In this document: positions 9,730 to 19,134 of the stretch, piece after piece
Position numbering within the stretch: the first letter of the stretch is position 1
Layout: the number at the start of each line of letters is the position of its first letter
Program-made: the position numbers and the translations under genes
NCBI GenBank assembly: GCA_963728565.1
Contig: CAVSLC010000023.1
Coordinates: forward strand, 1-64,000
Length of the DNA stretch: 64,000 bases
Source of the DNA: an uncultured delta proteobacterium
GTDB lineage: Bacteria > Desulfobacterota > Binatia > UBA9968
Reading direction: 5' to 3'
The notes under the pieces: model-generated
Told to the model about the DNA's origin: nothing
What the model saw: the letters and a program-made list of their open reading frames with translations, nothing else
The model's database searches: none

Positions 9730-10912
9730 ACGCGGTTGTCCTGATATCGGTCCCGCCATAGGTTTCCGGAAAGAGCTCGCGGTAGGTGTTGTAGTCTCGT
9801 GCGGCCACCGCCCTCCAGTCGTAACGACGCGCTACCGTGGGGCCGTTTTGTGAGCATTTTCCCCACAGCGCGCCGTCTTCGAGCAGCGTGACGATTGCGC
9901 CGGCTAAAGCTTGCGAATCTTCCGCCGGCACCATGAGACCGGTTTGCTCGATGATATCTTCAGCATTGCAGCCGTCTGTGATCACCGCCGGAGTGCCGCA
10001 TGCAATGGCTTCCAGTAGCGCCTTGGGAAGTCCCTCATGCAATGACGCCATGACGAAGAGTCTGCTAGCGTTTAAAGTCTTAGCCACTTCCTCTTGAGGA
10101 ACGATGCCCTTGAGAATGACATGATCGGTCAGGCCGAGGCGCTCGATCTGCTTGATAATCTTGCCGCGCTCCTCACCATCGCCGACAATGATCAAGCGGT
10201 AGTCCGGGTACTTGTTAAAAACCAGGCGGGCTGCTTCGAGCAGATGGATGTATCCCTTTTTCCATTTGAAGGCTCCTACCGTTACCAGCTGCTTTTTGCG
10301 AGACTCATTTCGATTGACGAATTCCTCTAGATCAACGCCCGTAGAGGAAACCCGAATGACTTCGCCGGCAACAAACGGCAGAAGCTGTCTGCCAATTTCC
10401 GCAGAAACAACGACGATCCGGTCCGGTATCTTTACCAGCCACCGCAGAAGCCACAGGTTACTCAAAGCCGCTGTCTCGGTCGTGTTGTGAAGCGATAGGA
10501 TCAATTTGGCGCCAAGAAGATATTTCCCTACGATGCCATAATGAAGCCGTTTCAATGATCCACAGATAACGAGATCAGGTTGGAATCGCGCCATCCGCCG
10601 CAGTGCGAACAGAAAAAAATTCGAATCGCTCCAGACCATATGGGCCAACATCCGAGCTTGGGTCCAAAATCTCGCGAGACCAGACCGCTTCGCTGGTCCG
10701 AAAATCGCCGGCCGGAGCGTAGCCGGAGTCGTCGTGTCACGAAACTCCAGCGTTGCTACTTCGACATTCGGCGATATTGGCCGCGTGCCGTCGACCCGCC
10801 GTGTGATATACAGGGTCGGTTCCGGGATGTACTTCGCCAGATAGTAGGGGACGAGGCCGCCGCCAGGCTGCTCGTTGCTTGGCAGCACGTGAATAATTCT
10901 ACAAATGCGCAT
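9716..10912 (-). CDS. GT4 glycosyltransferase
   Basis: KKG..HL, IVGDGEER and SLHEGLPKALLEAIACG (E-x7-E). Start MRIC overlaps the upstream stop. Confidence 0.9.
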   Translation of the reverse strand: MRICRIIHVLPSNEQPGGGLVPYYLAKYIPEPTLYITRRVDGTRPISPNVEVATLEFRDTTTPATLRPAIFGPAKRSGLARFWTQARMLAHMVWSDSNFFLFALRRMARFQPDLVICGSLKRLHYGIVGKYLLGAKLILSLHNTTETAALSNLWLLRWLVKIPDRIVVVSAEIGRQLLPFVAGEVIRVSSTGVDLEEFVNRNESRKKQLVTVGAFKWKKGYIHLLEAARLVFNKYPDYRLIIVGDGEERGKIIKQIERLGLTDHVILKGIVPQEEVAKTLNASRLFVMASLHEGLPKALLEAIACGTPAVITDGCNAEDIIEQTGLMVPAEDSQALAGAIVTLLEDGALWGKCSQNGPTVARRYDWRAVAARDYNTYRELFPETYGGTDIRTTAYESQ

Positions 10913-11840
10913 TGGCACTGTTCTCCACTTTCGCTTGACTGCCGCGATAACCATACTTGCGGTTTAGCCATGAGCCGGTGAAGCTAAACATCAGCCGATG
11001 GCTCGCTCTGAGCCTGCCACCTCGCGGGCCGGCTGGTTGCAGTTTGATCTCCGATTGGAATCTAATCCGATTACCACCGACCAGGTGCCCGACCTGGAAA
11101 TAATCGTTGCGAGCGACGCGGACAACTAGCTCTTCAGCATCGAAGCCACAGAATCGAGCGAGTTTCCGCAAAGATGCTGCAGGATCTGCGACAAAGTCTT
11201 CGTAGCGGAGCTGCATGTAATGCTCCGGCGGCAAAAACCTGCCCAGCAGTGAGGTCCAAAGATTAGTGAGAGCCCATCCGCACGCGGCTCGCAGGCCGGG
11301 CCATTTAGGCGGCCGGATGCGACCTTCCAGGGCCCAATTACTTCCTGTTAAGGTCAGCGATTCCATCGTCGCCAAACCGTTGCGCACTAAATGCACCACG
11401 TACACGTCCTGGCCAGCCAGACGATGGAGCGCCAGAAAGCGGCCGGCAAGCTTGCGAGCTGACTTAGATGAATCGACTATGATGGGCTTCCGAGTCTGGT
11501 TCTCGACGTGGCAGAACAAATTAACGTGATAGGTTCGGTACGCATCAGAATCTCGCTTGGTGACGACCTTCAGTAGCAGGCGAGGTATAAAAAACAGGTC
11601 CTGTACTTTTCGTAGTAGTGGCGCCGGTTCGGCAACGGGCCAGTTGCTAGGAGAAAAATCTTTCCAAAAACGGCATTGACCGTAGGGCGATCCGCACGCG
11701 CAGGTGCGAGCGGTGCCGGTATAATCGTCCGCAAGGCAGGTTACTTCTCCGAGACTGGTAATTTGTGAATGGTTGCCGAGGATAATATCCAGCACCGTCG
11801 ATCCGCTGCGGCCATAGCCGGCAATGTAGATAACCTTCAT
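10899..11840 (-). CDS. PAPS-dependent sulfotransferase
   Basis: 5'-PSB loop YIAGYGRSGSTVL, DSSK, 3'-PB HLVRNGLATMES and LRYEDFVADP. Confidence 0.88.
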   Translation of the reverse strand: MKVIYIAGYGRSGSTVLDIILGNHSQITSLGEVTCLADDYTGTARTCACGSPYGQCRFWKDFSPSNWPVAEPAPLLRKVQDLFFIPRLLLKVVTKRDSDAYRTYHVNLFCHVENQTRKPIIVDSSKSARKLAGRFLALHRLAGQDVYVVHLVRNGLATMESLTLTGSNWALEGRIRPPKWPGLRAACGWALTNLWTSLLGRFLPPEHYMQLRYEDFVADPAASLRKLARFCGFDAEELVVRVARNDYFQVGHLVGGNRIRFQSEIKLQPAGPRGGRLRASHRLMFSFTGSWLNRKYGYRGSQAKVENSANAHL

Positions 11841-11983
11841 ACTCGCGGACTGCTGTAAGACTTGCTCAACCTATGCGGCACAACCGCCCCGGTTTTCATC
11901 ACCGCCTGCATGGAACCGATTCTCTGTGCATGAGGAGTCAAGCCGATGAGCGCGAGGTCGGCCGGAACAGACCCGTACTGGAG

Positions 11984-13099
11984 TTACACGCGCGCCGAAG
12001 ATATTCGTCGTCGAGAATTCGATGAGCTTATCCGGCTCCCGGCCCGGGAAGCGATCTTCAAAAGGCTCGTGATGTGCCGGTGAAAGAAAGCGTCGATCCG
12101 GTACCTGAGCGGGATGAACCTGACCGCGCGCCCTGCGTCATGTCTTTTCGCCGACAAGGATGTGATGGCGACATGCCATTGGTGGCAAAGCGCTTGGGCA
12201 GAGAAGAGAGAGATCAACTCGAGCGGTATACGGTCTTCTTTGAAATAGCCTTGTAAAAAGCGCTCGGCAAGTATGGGAGGGGGTACTGAGCCGAACAAAA
12301 ACCATGGCGTCTTCCAGTAGAGCATCGTGAGACTATTGAGAAAGTATGCAAGGTCGCTGTAAATCGGTTTTCTGCGAGGCTTGGTTACTTCGATTAAAAA
12401 GGTGCGCCGGCCTTGAACGATGATATTACCGGCAACATAGTCTTTCACTGTCGTGACCATGGGCGTACTCTGCCTCAGCAAGTTGGCGCCATCTCCAAAT
12501 CCGGCGCGGATGCGTTCCCTGTGTTGCTTGTCTACGCCGTCGTTCTCGAGATCTTTGAGGTACGCTGAGCATTGCGTTAAAAAAGAGTCCCCGAAATTGC
12601 TATCCCAGCTGATCTGACCCTTGCCTTCATGATAGAGACGGAGAAAACACCCGCAGCTCCTGATGATGTCGGCATAACGTGGATTGTTGGGGTAACTCCG
12701 CACCAAGCAATCCAGAGACTCTCCTTCGACTCGCTCGGTGAGAATAGCCCGAAGCTCGGGCAGGAAATCGAGCGGCCTGACAACATTAAGATCGTCCGGC
12801 AGTTGCAGCGAATAGTTATATAGGTCGCGCAGGGTATGGTAGGTAAGCTCGATAGCTTGATCACTGGCATACCTGGGAATTTTTACGAAGATCCCCCGGC
12901 TGGTCCGCTTAGGGAGATCGTGAACTGCAATTTCAAACAGGACCGAGTGCTTGCGTATTCGTGGACGACCTCCGTGCAAGACTTCGATGCTGATCTGATC
13001 AGAGACGTCTGGAAAATAGCCCTGTGCTCTCCTGGCGATCTCAGTTCGCAATGAAACCACCTCACTGCCAGTGATATCGGTCATGATACGATCCCTCAT
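11984..13099 (-). CDS. APH/choline-kinase-like fold protein with degenerate catalytic motifs
   Basis: IFVKI (Lys), ILTERVEG, VKDYVAGNIIV (H-x-D-x4-N with His lost), LIEVT (expected LID[W/F]) and SDLAYFL. Confidence 0.6.
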   Translation of the reverse strand: MRDRIMTDITGSEVVSLRTEIARRAQGYFPDVSDQISIEVLHGGRPRIRKHSVLFEIAVHDLPKRTSRGIFVKIPRYASDQAIELTYHTLRDLYNYSLQLPDDLNVVRPLDFLPELRAILTERVEGESLDCLVRSYPNNPRYADIIRSCGCFLRLYHEGKGQISWDSNFGDSFLTQCSAYLKDLENDGVDKQHRERIRAGFGDGANLLRQSTPMVTTVKDYVAGNIIVQGRRTFLIEVTKPRRKPIYSDLAYFLNSLTMLYWKTPWFLFGSVPPPILAERFLQGYFKEDRIPLELISLFSAQALCHQWHVAITSLSAKRHDAGRAVRFIPLRYRIDAFFHRHITSLLKIASRAGSRISSSNSRRRISSARV

Positions 13100-13188
13100 G
13101 ATGCAGGGGCGGGATGGTCAGAGGCTAGGGCCGGGTTCTGTTGCACGCGGGATGGCCGGGTGCCAGTTTGCATCGTTGAACTTGCTGT

Positions 13189-13959
13189 TCAGCTCAGGAT
13201 CGTTTTGTTTGAAGGACTGCAGATGAATAGTTGGTTTGCTCCCAGTGCTTGAATGAAGGGCGCTCCGCACAGGATACGTTCGATCGACAAAGCCCAAGAT
13301 CCAGGAAGCAGGTTGAAAAGTTTGCCGCTGATGAAGCCATAACCAATTCTCTTTTCGATCTGCAGCCCGGCCTTGTGAATCGTCTTGCGAAGCCGGCCAT
13401 TGGTCACATATTTTGGTTTGCCCTGTCCGTTTAAAATCACTTTCAGCCAGTGATACGGCAGCAGCACGATTTTGAAGCTAAACGGATTACCTCCATGGCA
13501 GTTCACTACGACCCGGCTATCTGCATCCCTCAAGCGGATTGCTAATTGTGTGAGTGCCGCCTGTCGCAGATCGGACTCGGCGTTTTTTAGAAAGCGGAAG
13601 CAAGTGATCAGATCATATCGACCTTCAACCGGCGTGCCGGGCGCGGTAATGTCGCCGCTCCAGAATTTTGCCGTCTTTACCTTTGACACAGCCCGGCTGA
13701 GCATGGATTGTGAGACATCGATGCCGATCGCGCTGTCGACTTTATTTTCGAGGAAAGAAATAATCCGGCCCGTGCCGCAAGCGAAATCGAGATAATCGAT
13801 CCGTGTCTTTCGTTGCCGCATGTTTGCAACAACCTCTTCAAGAATAGCCGATTCGAGCTGCCATAAGGTATCCGAAACCGAATCTTTCGAGTAAATCACC
13901 AGATCGTATTTTGCCGCGATACCGGGATCGGAAAACCTTCGTCTGTAGTCCGTTCTCAT
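13189..13959 (-). CDS. Class I SAM-dependent methyltransferase
   Basis: YLDFACGTGR motif I, GIDVSQSML, YDLITCFRF. ATG at 13959 lies just after the upstream stop. Confidence 0.88.
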   Translation of the reverse strand: MRTDYRRRFSDPGIAAKYDLVIYSKDSVSDTLWQLESAILEEVVANMRQRKTRIDYLDFACGTGRIISFLENKVDSAIGIDVSQSMLSRAVSKVKTAKFWSGDITAPGTPVEGRYDLITCFRFLKNAESDLRQAALTQLAIRLRDADSRVVVNCHGGNPFSFKIVLLPYHWLKVILNGQGKPKYVTNGRLRKTIHKAGLQIEKRIGYGFISGKLFNLLPGSWALSIERILCGAPFIQALGANQLFICSPSNKTILS

Positions 13960-13963
13960 TCGC

Positions 13964-14995
13964 TTATCTCCCCGGGCTAATTTCACTCCAATTTCGGCCG
14001 CAAACGAGCCCACCCTGCGTGCGCGTACAAAGAAACGCCAGTGCGAAAGCTAAATCGCGTGTCTTACGAGGGTCCGATGGAGTAACCAGATGCGGCGGCA
14101 GTGTCGAGGCTGCTTTCATCGAGTTAGAGATCATTTTCCGGCTCTGTAGCGCCCAGTGAAAACGCACCTCATCGGTCATCATCGGCGCGTCGCGGCAACT
14201 GTTTTCCCAGTCAAAAATCCATACCTCGTTCTGGACCCGGCAAATGTTGCGGTGGGTGAAGTCGCCGTGCGCCCAGCCGACCTCGATCTCCTGATCGGCC
14301 CACGAATCGATGGCTTCGGCCAAGGATCTCACTTCGCCTCTAAGCTCGCAGAAGGAATTCCACCAGGACAACTTTTTTACCGATTGGAATCGACGCGCTA
14401 GTCCCGCTAACTCGTCACGGCAGCGTCGTGGAATCGGTTCCCATTTCGCCGCAACCGGCTGCGCATCAACAGGCATCGTTTCGGTGACGAGATATCGATG
14501 GGAGTTGAAGTATCCTTCGACGAGTACTCGTGGTAAGCGAAATGAAAACTTCTCGTAGCGCGCTAAAGTGGCTAGCGTTTGAGCTTCAGTGGCCAGACAG
14601 CGGTCGTTCTTCGAATCCAGGGATATTTTGGCGAAGCCTACCGGGTCGCCTGCGACCGATAAAAGATTGACGTAGAAGCGAGCGCGCCCTGGTTGACCGG
14701 GAAAGCTGATGACCGCCTGCAGGTTTGAAATCCGTAAGTCCTGGCGCACTTGCTCCAGCCAGGCTTCGAAATTGAAAAACGGATGTTTCGGCACCGGCGT
14801 TGGTAGCTCGCGTCCCATCCATTTCTCAACTCCGGCTAACACTCCCAGGCGGATAGCCGCCTTGAACAGACGCCGCCGCGCCGACGAGTCTTTATAGAGC
14901 CGCAGCCCGATGCCCTTCAATTTTGCAGGACGCGCCGGTACGGATAAAAAGTCCCTTCCTCCATACGAGAAAACTATGTATGAACTCGCCGTCAT
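13964..14995 (-). CDS. APH-like phosphotransferase (kinase), intact motifs
   Basis: GFAKI, E...L, WAHGDFTHRNI (Brenner motif) and IFDWE. Confidence 0.8.
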   Translation of the reverse strand: MTASSYIVFSYGGRDFLSVPARPAKLKGIGLRLYKDSSARRRLFKAAIRLGVLAGVEKWMGRELPTPVPKHPFFNFEAWLEQVRQDLRISNLQAVISFPGQPGRARFYVNLLSVAGDPVGFAKISLDSKNDRCLATEAQTLATLARYEKFSFRLPRVLVEGYFNSHRYLVTETMPVDAQPVAAKWEPIPRRCRDELAGLARRFQSVKKLSWWNSFCELRGEVRSLAEAIDSWADQEIEVGWAHGDFTHRNICRVQNEVWIFDWENSCRDAPMMTDEVRFHWALQSRKMISNSMKAASTLPPHLVTPSDPRKTRDLAFALAFLCTRTQGGLVCGRNWSEISPGR

Positions 14996-15080
14996 ATTTA
15001 TCGGCCGGTGATACAACTCGTCGTCGGCAGGCCGTCCTCCTCTATGTCACGAGCGCAGGGCGCGAGTGAAGTGGCCGCGA

Positions 15081-16529
15081 TTAGCAGATTGCTGAAAGAT
15101 TGTGGTAGGCCAGCGCGCCTACTGGATGATCGCGTGTTGCCCTCATATAGACTGGAACCGGGAGATTGAAATTTTCCAGAATGGCGGGCGCGATTGCGAG
15201 CGCGGCGATCTTTTCCCTAACGATATTTTGATGCCTGCTTGCCGGATCATAAATGAAGAAAACTCCATCTTGGACATGCTGGGCGGTCGAGCCCGTGGCG
15301 TCTTCGATGGTTTGGCTATGGAGGCCTAATTGCTTGAAAGAGTATTTTCTCGTTCCGATCATTGCGACCGGCTGGAATTGGTGAATGTTCTTTACGCCCA
15401 ACGTTAAAGACATAAAGCCGCCGTCGCTTTCCTCTATCCCGACAGCCTTGCCGGCAACGTTCAGTGTTTTCAGCGACTCGCGTAAAGCAGCAATTTTGCC
15501 GTGTCTAACCCGGATATTGTACTGAGGGATCATGGATTGGCATCGTTCCCAATCGTCTTGATCGAGCCCGAAGGCCTTTAAAAACTTACCGAGATCCTTG
15601 ATGATCAATTGCGTCTCGACTCTCTTTGCCTTGGTCGCCGCCTGACCCATGCTGGCGCAGACCCAAATATCATAACCCGGATTGGAATCGACGAACTCGA
15701 TCAATCTTTTCAGGAAGCCGTCGACTTTGGTCATGGCGAAGTCGATTTCATAGCGGTAAGTCTCGCGCCACACTCGGTCGAAATCGTATTCGGGATAATC
15801 GTCGGGAAATTTCGCCGCCCAGTAGCGGTGCATACTGGAAGCCACATGATTGGTGAAGAAAGTAGCGAAATCGGGTCTTGTCGCAGAAAGGAGCTGCATA
15901 AAAACATCGAAACCCAGCACCGCCTGATAAGTTCTTCTGCGGATCCTCTTCCACGGAGCGCATTTTTCTTGTACCGCCTGTGCCGCTATATGAACGAAAG
16001 TGGACGGTTGGATTCCCAAGCGGCGGCAGTTCAAGAGCATCTTAACGGCGCTGCTCCAATGGATCCGCTTGGCTACGGTCCTTCCTGAGTCTCGGGTCAT
16101 GGCGAGATTGAATTCCTGAAAGATCGAGGCGGTTGCGGGATGGGTGCGGGCATCGTCAGCAAAAGTATCGGGCACGTAAAAGGCGTACGCCCCGAGGTTG
16201 TTTTTTGGCAGCGGAGAGCTGTGCAACGAGCCAAAAACTCCTGTTTTGATGCCGTGTGAAGCGAGGATCTGCCAAATCGGCGGAAATTCCTGGTTGATTG
16301 CCGTAAGGTCCTGGCCAAAGTTTCTGATCCTATGCCGCTGCACATCGACGCCGCGGTGCAGGCTGGGCCAAGTAGTCCATGGGTGGAGGACCTCGTCGTC
16401 GGACGAAACGGTGTATTGCCTGCAATGGCGAAGAGCCTTGGTCAAAAACGAAGCAGGGTAGTCCGTGCAGTACTGATCCAAGACCTTGTACGGAACCTCG
16501 TTGAGCTCGAATAGGACGATTTTCCTCAT
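15081..16529 (-). CDS. Alkaline-phosphatase-superfamily-like protein of unknown function
   Basis: IVLFELNEVP, HPWTTWPSLHRG, FFTNHVASSMHRYW, VCASMGQ and late AQH..DG follow the order of the AlkP fold with non-canonical residues. Confidence 0.55.
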   Translation of the reverse strand: MRKIVLFELNEVPYKVLDQYCTDYPASFLTKALRHCRQYTVSSDDEVLHPWTTWPSLHRGVDVQRHRIRNFGQDLTAINQEFPPIWQILASHGIKTGVFGSLHSSPLPKNNLGAYAFYVPDTFADDARTHPATASIFQEFNLAMTRDSGRTVAKRIHWSSAVKMLLNCRRLGIQPSTFVHIAAQAVQEKCAPWKRIRRRTYQAVLGFDVFMQLLSATRPDFATFFTNHVASSMHRYWAAKFPDDYPEYDFDRVWRETYRYEIDFAMTKVDGFLKRLIEFVDSNPGYDIWVCASMGQAATKAKRVETQLIIKDLGKFLKAFGLDQDDWERCQSMIPQYNIRVRHGKIAALRESLKTLNVAGKAVGIEESDGGFMSLTLGVKNIHQFQPVAMIGTRKYSFKQLGLHSQTIEDATGSTAQHVQDGVFFIYDPASRHQNIVREKIAALAIAPAILENFNLPVPVYMRATRDHPVGALAYHNLSAIC

Positions 16530-16552
16530 GTGAACCTTCGGCGCTTCACCTG

Positions 16553-17953
16553 CTAGACATACCCAAGCTCCTTCAGATTTTTCAGGATCAGAGCATCTTC
16601 TTCTTGGAAGGGCGATGATGACCGGCTCCGTTGATGCGCAGCGAGCCAGCCTTGGTACTTAGTTCGAAGGACTCTAGCTATCTCGATCCGTTCATCGATC
16701 AAATTATGAGACTCGGTTGGATCAGACGGAAGATGGTACAATTCTTCTCCTCCGTCGGTGCCGACAATCAGCTTGTATTCCGCGGTGCGGATGCATTTAA
16801 GGCCACGGTCCAGGCGCGAAAAATCGTTGCCGGGAAAACGCGCTGCCAGATTCCTGAGCATCCATGTTGGTCGAGCGAATTCGGAGAATACGTGTGCATG
16901 GTAGGCGTGTCCGTTCAAAGGCAGCAGGCTCTTGCCTTCGAGATCCTGGCGTATAACCGGGTCAAGATTCAAAAGATCCATAAGAGTAGGCAGTATGTCC
17001 GTCAGCGAGACGAGGTGCGGCAAACGTACCGGGCCGCGAAAGATCGCCGGCGCATGAAAGATCAGCGGAACGCGAATCAACGAATCATAGAGGCAAAAAA
17101 GGTGATAGGCCAGACCGTGTTCGCCAAAGTTTTCCCCGTGGTCCGCCGTAATCACGATCACCGTATCATCATACAAATTCTTGGCTTTGAGAAACCGGAC
17201 AAGGTCACGAATTCTGTGATCAATGCAGGCGATTGCGCCATCGTACCGGGATCTCACGACCTCGAAATCCTCTTCCGACATTTCGAACTTGCCGGCCATA
17301 TAGCTATAGCCGCCGGCTTGTGAAAAATAATCGAGTTTCTTCTTGTCTTGGGTCGCCGCCGGCTTGATCTCAAAACGCCGCCGGAAAGGCCACGGAGATT
17401 GGTAGCGGTTGTGAGCCGTTTTGTAATTGATAAAGGCGAAGAACGGAATGTCCCGGACGGCGTTATTCGTGAGCCATCTTTTCACTAGCTTGTTGATCAG
17501 GCTGCTTCGTTTATCGCGGCCGAGCAGGAGATTCCGCGCCGAGGTTTCAATGATGCCAAAATCGAGCTTGAAAAAGGGCAGGCGAAACATTTCGACGTAG
17601 TCGTGAAAACCTCGATGAAATCCGCGCGCGCTGCTGAGGTGTGCATCCGGCAGAATGGCAAATGTCCGATAACCAGCGGCGGCAAGTATTTGAGCCAAGG
17701 TCGTGTTTTCTTCGTCGAGATACAGATTTTCATTTACATCCACCCCATGCCTGGACGGGTACGTTCCCGTGAACAGCGATGCGTGCGATGGGGGAGTCCA
17801 GGGCGCGGACGCGAAAGCGGCCTCGAAAAGAACCCCGTTGCCTGCCAGCTCTTCGAGAAACGGAGTCGTCGGCTTGTTGTAACCGTAGCATGAAAGGTGG
17901 TCTGCTCGGACGGCGTCCATAACGATCAAGATAACATTTAGGTTTTTCCTCAT
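16553..17953 (-). CDS. Sulfatase-like hydrolase/transferase with non-canonical T-x-P-S-H motif
   Basis: NVILIVMDAVRADHL, APWTPPSHASLFTG, TADHGENFGEHG, RVPLI, ELY.L..DP.E..NL and C-terminal LKELGY. Confidence 0.88.
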   Translation of the reverse strand: MRKNLNVILIVMDAVRADHLSCYGYNKPTTPFLEELAGNGVLFEAAFASAPWTPPSHASLFTGTYPSRHGVDVNENLYLDEENTTLAQILAAAGYRTFAILPDAHLSSARGFHRGFHDYVEMFRLPFFKLDFGIIETSARNLLLGRDKRSSLINKLVKRWLTNNAVRDIPFFAFINYKTAHNRYQSPWPFRRRFEIKPAATQDKKKLDYFSQAGGYSYMAGKFEMSEEDFEVVRSRYDGAIACIDHRIRDLVRFLKAKNLYDDTVIVITADHGENFGEHGLAYHLFCLYDSLIRVPLIFHAPAIFRGPVRLPHLVSLTDILPTLMDLLNLDPVIRQDLEGKSLLPLNGHAYHAHVFSEFARPTWMLRNLAARFPGNDFSRLDRGLKCIRTAEYKLIVGTDGGEELYHLPSDPTESHNLIDERIEIARVLRTKYQGWLAAHQRSRSSSPFQEEDALILKNLKELGYV

Positions 17954-19134
17954 AGGAAGTTTCCTTGGCCGGCGCGCGTGACGATTTTACCCGGGGCCGT
18001 GTGTTTTGTGGCAAGGAGGGCTGAGAACAAATTTGCATACTCCTGGCCCATGCGGTTCCAGTTGAATAACGCGCCGACACGCTGCCGGCCTAGCCGTCCC
18101 ATTTCTTGACGTCGCACCGGATCCGCCAAGAGTTCGACGACGCGTTGCGCGATCGATGGAGCAGCGTACGGGATCACGAACCCGGTAACGGCATCGTCGA
18201 CAATTTCAGGGCAGCCCGAAGTTGCCGTCGTGACAATCGGCAGACCTGCCGCATGAGCCTCGAGTAGAGCGCGGGGCAAGCTGTCGTTTGATTCAGCCGC
18301 GGTTGCATAGACGAAGACATCGCTGTTTGCCAGAAGATCCGGAATATTCTTCTGGTTGTACAGAATGGTGATCGCGTGATGCCACTCTGTGGCAGCCAAA
18401 TAGGCCTCGATTTCCCGGGCATAACCGTCGTGCATTGTTTTGGCCGCGATAATGAGGCGGCTCTCCGGGACAGTTCTAAGAATAAGTCCCATGGAGTCGA
18501 TCAACAATTTGGCGCCGTCGGCTTTACCTTTGTAGTTCCAGGTCATGACGGCAACAAGCATCGGCGGCCTTGCGCCAATACCGCCGCTGCTGGCCGGAGG
18601 TCCTGAAGAGAAACGCTCAAACTCGATGCCGTTATAAATCGTCGATATCTTACGAGCATTTTTTTTAGATTCAGACTCGAGTCTTTTCTGAAGATAACGG
18701 CTGTTACAAACGATTCGGTCGGCGCGCCCGATGATCCAGTTCATGAGGGACGGGTATAACCAACCTTCCACCGCGCGACGAAAGGGCCATTTTGTTGACC
18801 GGTCGTGATAGGTTGCCGACTTCAAGCCGGTGGCATTGAGAACACACGGCCTGCGCCGGAGCACGCGATTGAGGCACAGGCAGATCGATGGGATAAAACT
18901 TAGCGGCGTCCAATAAACTTGGTGTTTGCTCGTTAGAACTCGAATCAGAATCGGCACGAACGAGTTTCGCAGCGGTACGTAGGCGCCGGGGCGTCCCTGA
19001 TTGCTGTAGAACGTCACCTGAAAGCCGCGGGACCGAAGTTGCTGCGCGAGAATGGCGCTGCGGTCGGGGCGGCCGAAGAAGATCGCGACATCGGCATAGC
19101 CGCTGCCCGGTCTAGCCTTGGAGAACCGATTCAT
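17950..19134 (-). CDS. GT4 glycosyltransferase
   Basis: IYNGI, DSLPRALLEAHAAGLP and SGCPEIV. ATGA-coupled to the sulfatase-like gene. Confidence 0.88.
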   Translation of the reverse strand: MNRFSKARPGSGYADVAIFFGRPDRSAILAQQLRSRGFQVTFYSNQGRPGAYVPLRNSFVPILIRVLTSKHQVYWTPLSFIPSICLCLNRVLRRRPCVLNATGLKSATYHDRSTKWPFRRAVEGWLYPSLMNWIIGRADRIVCNSRYLQKRLESESKKNARKISTIYNGIEFERFSSGPPASSGGIGARPPMLVAVMTWNYKGKADGAKLLIDSMGLILRTVPESRLIIAAKTMHDGYAREIEAYLAATEWHHAITILYNQKNIPDLLANSDVFVYATAAESNDSLPRALLEAHAAGLPIVTTATSGCPEIVDDAVTGFVIPYAAPSIAQRVVELLADPVRRQEMGRLGRQRVGALFNWNRMGQEYANLFSALLATKHTAPGKIVTRAGQGNFL

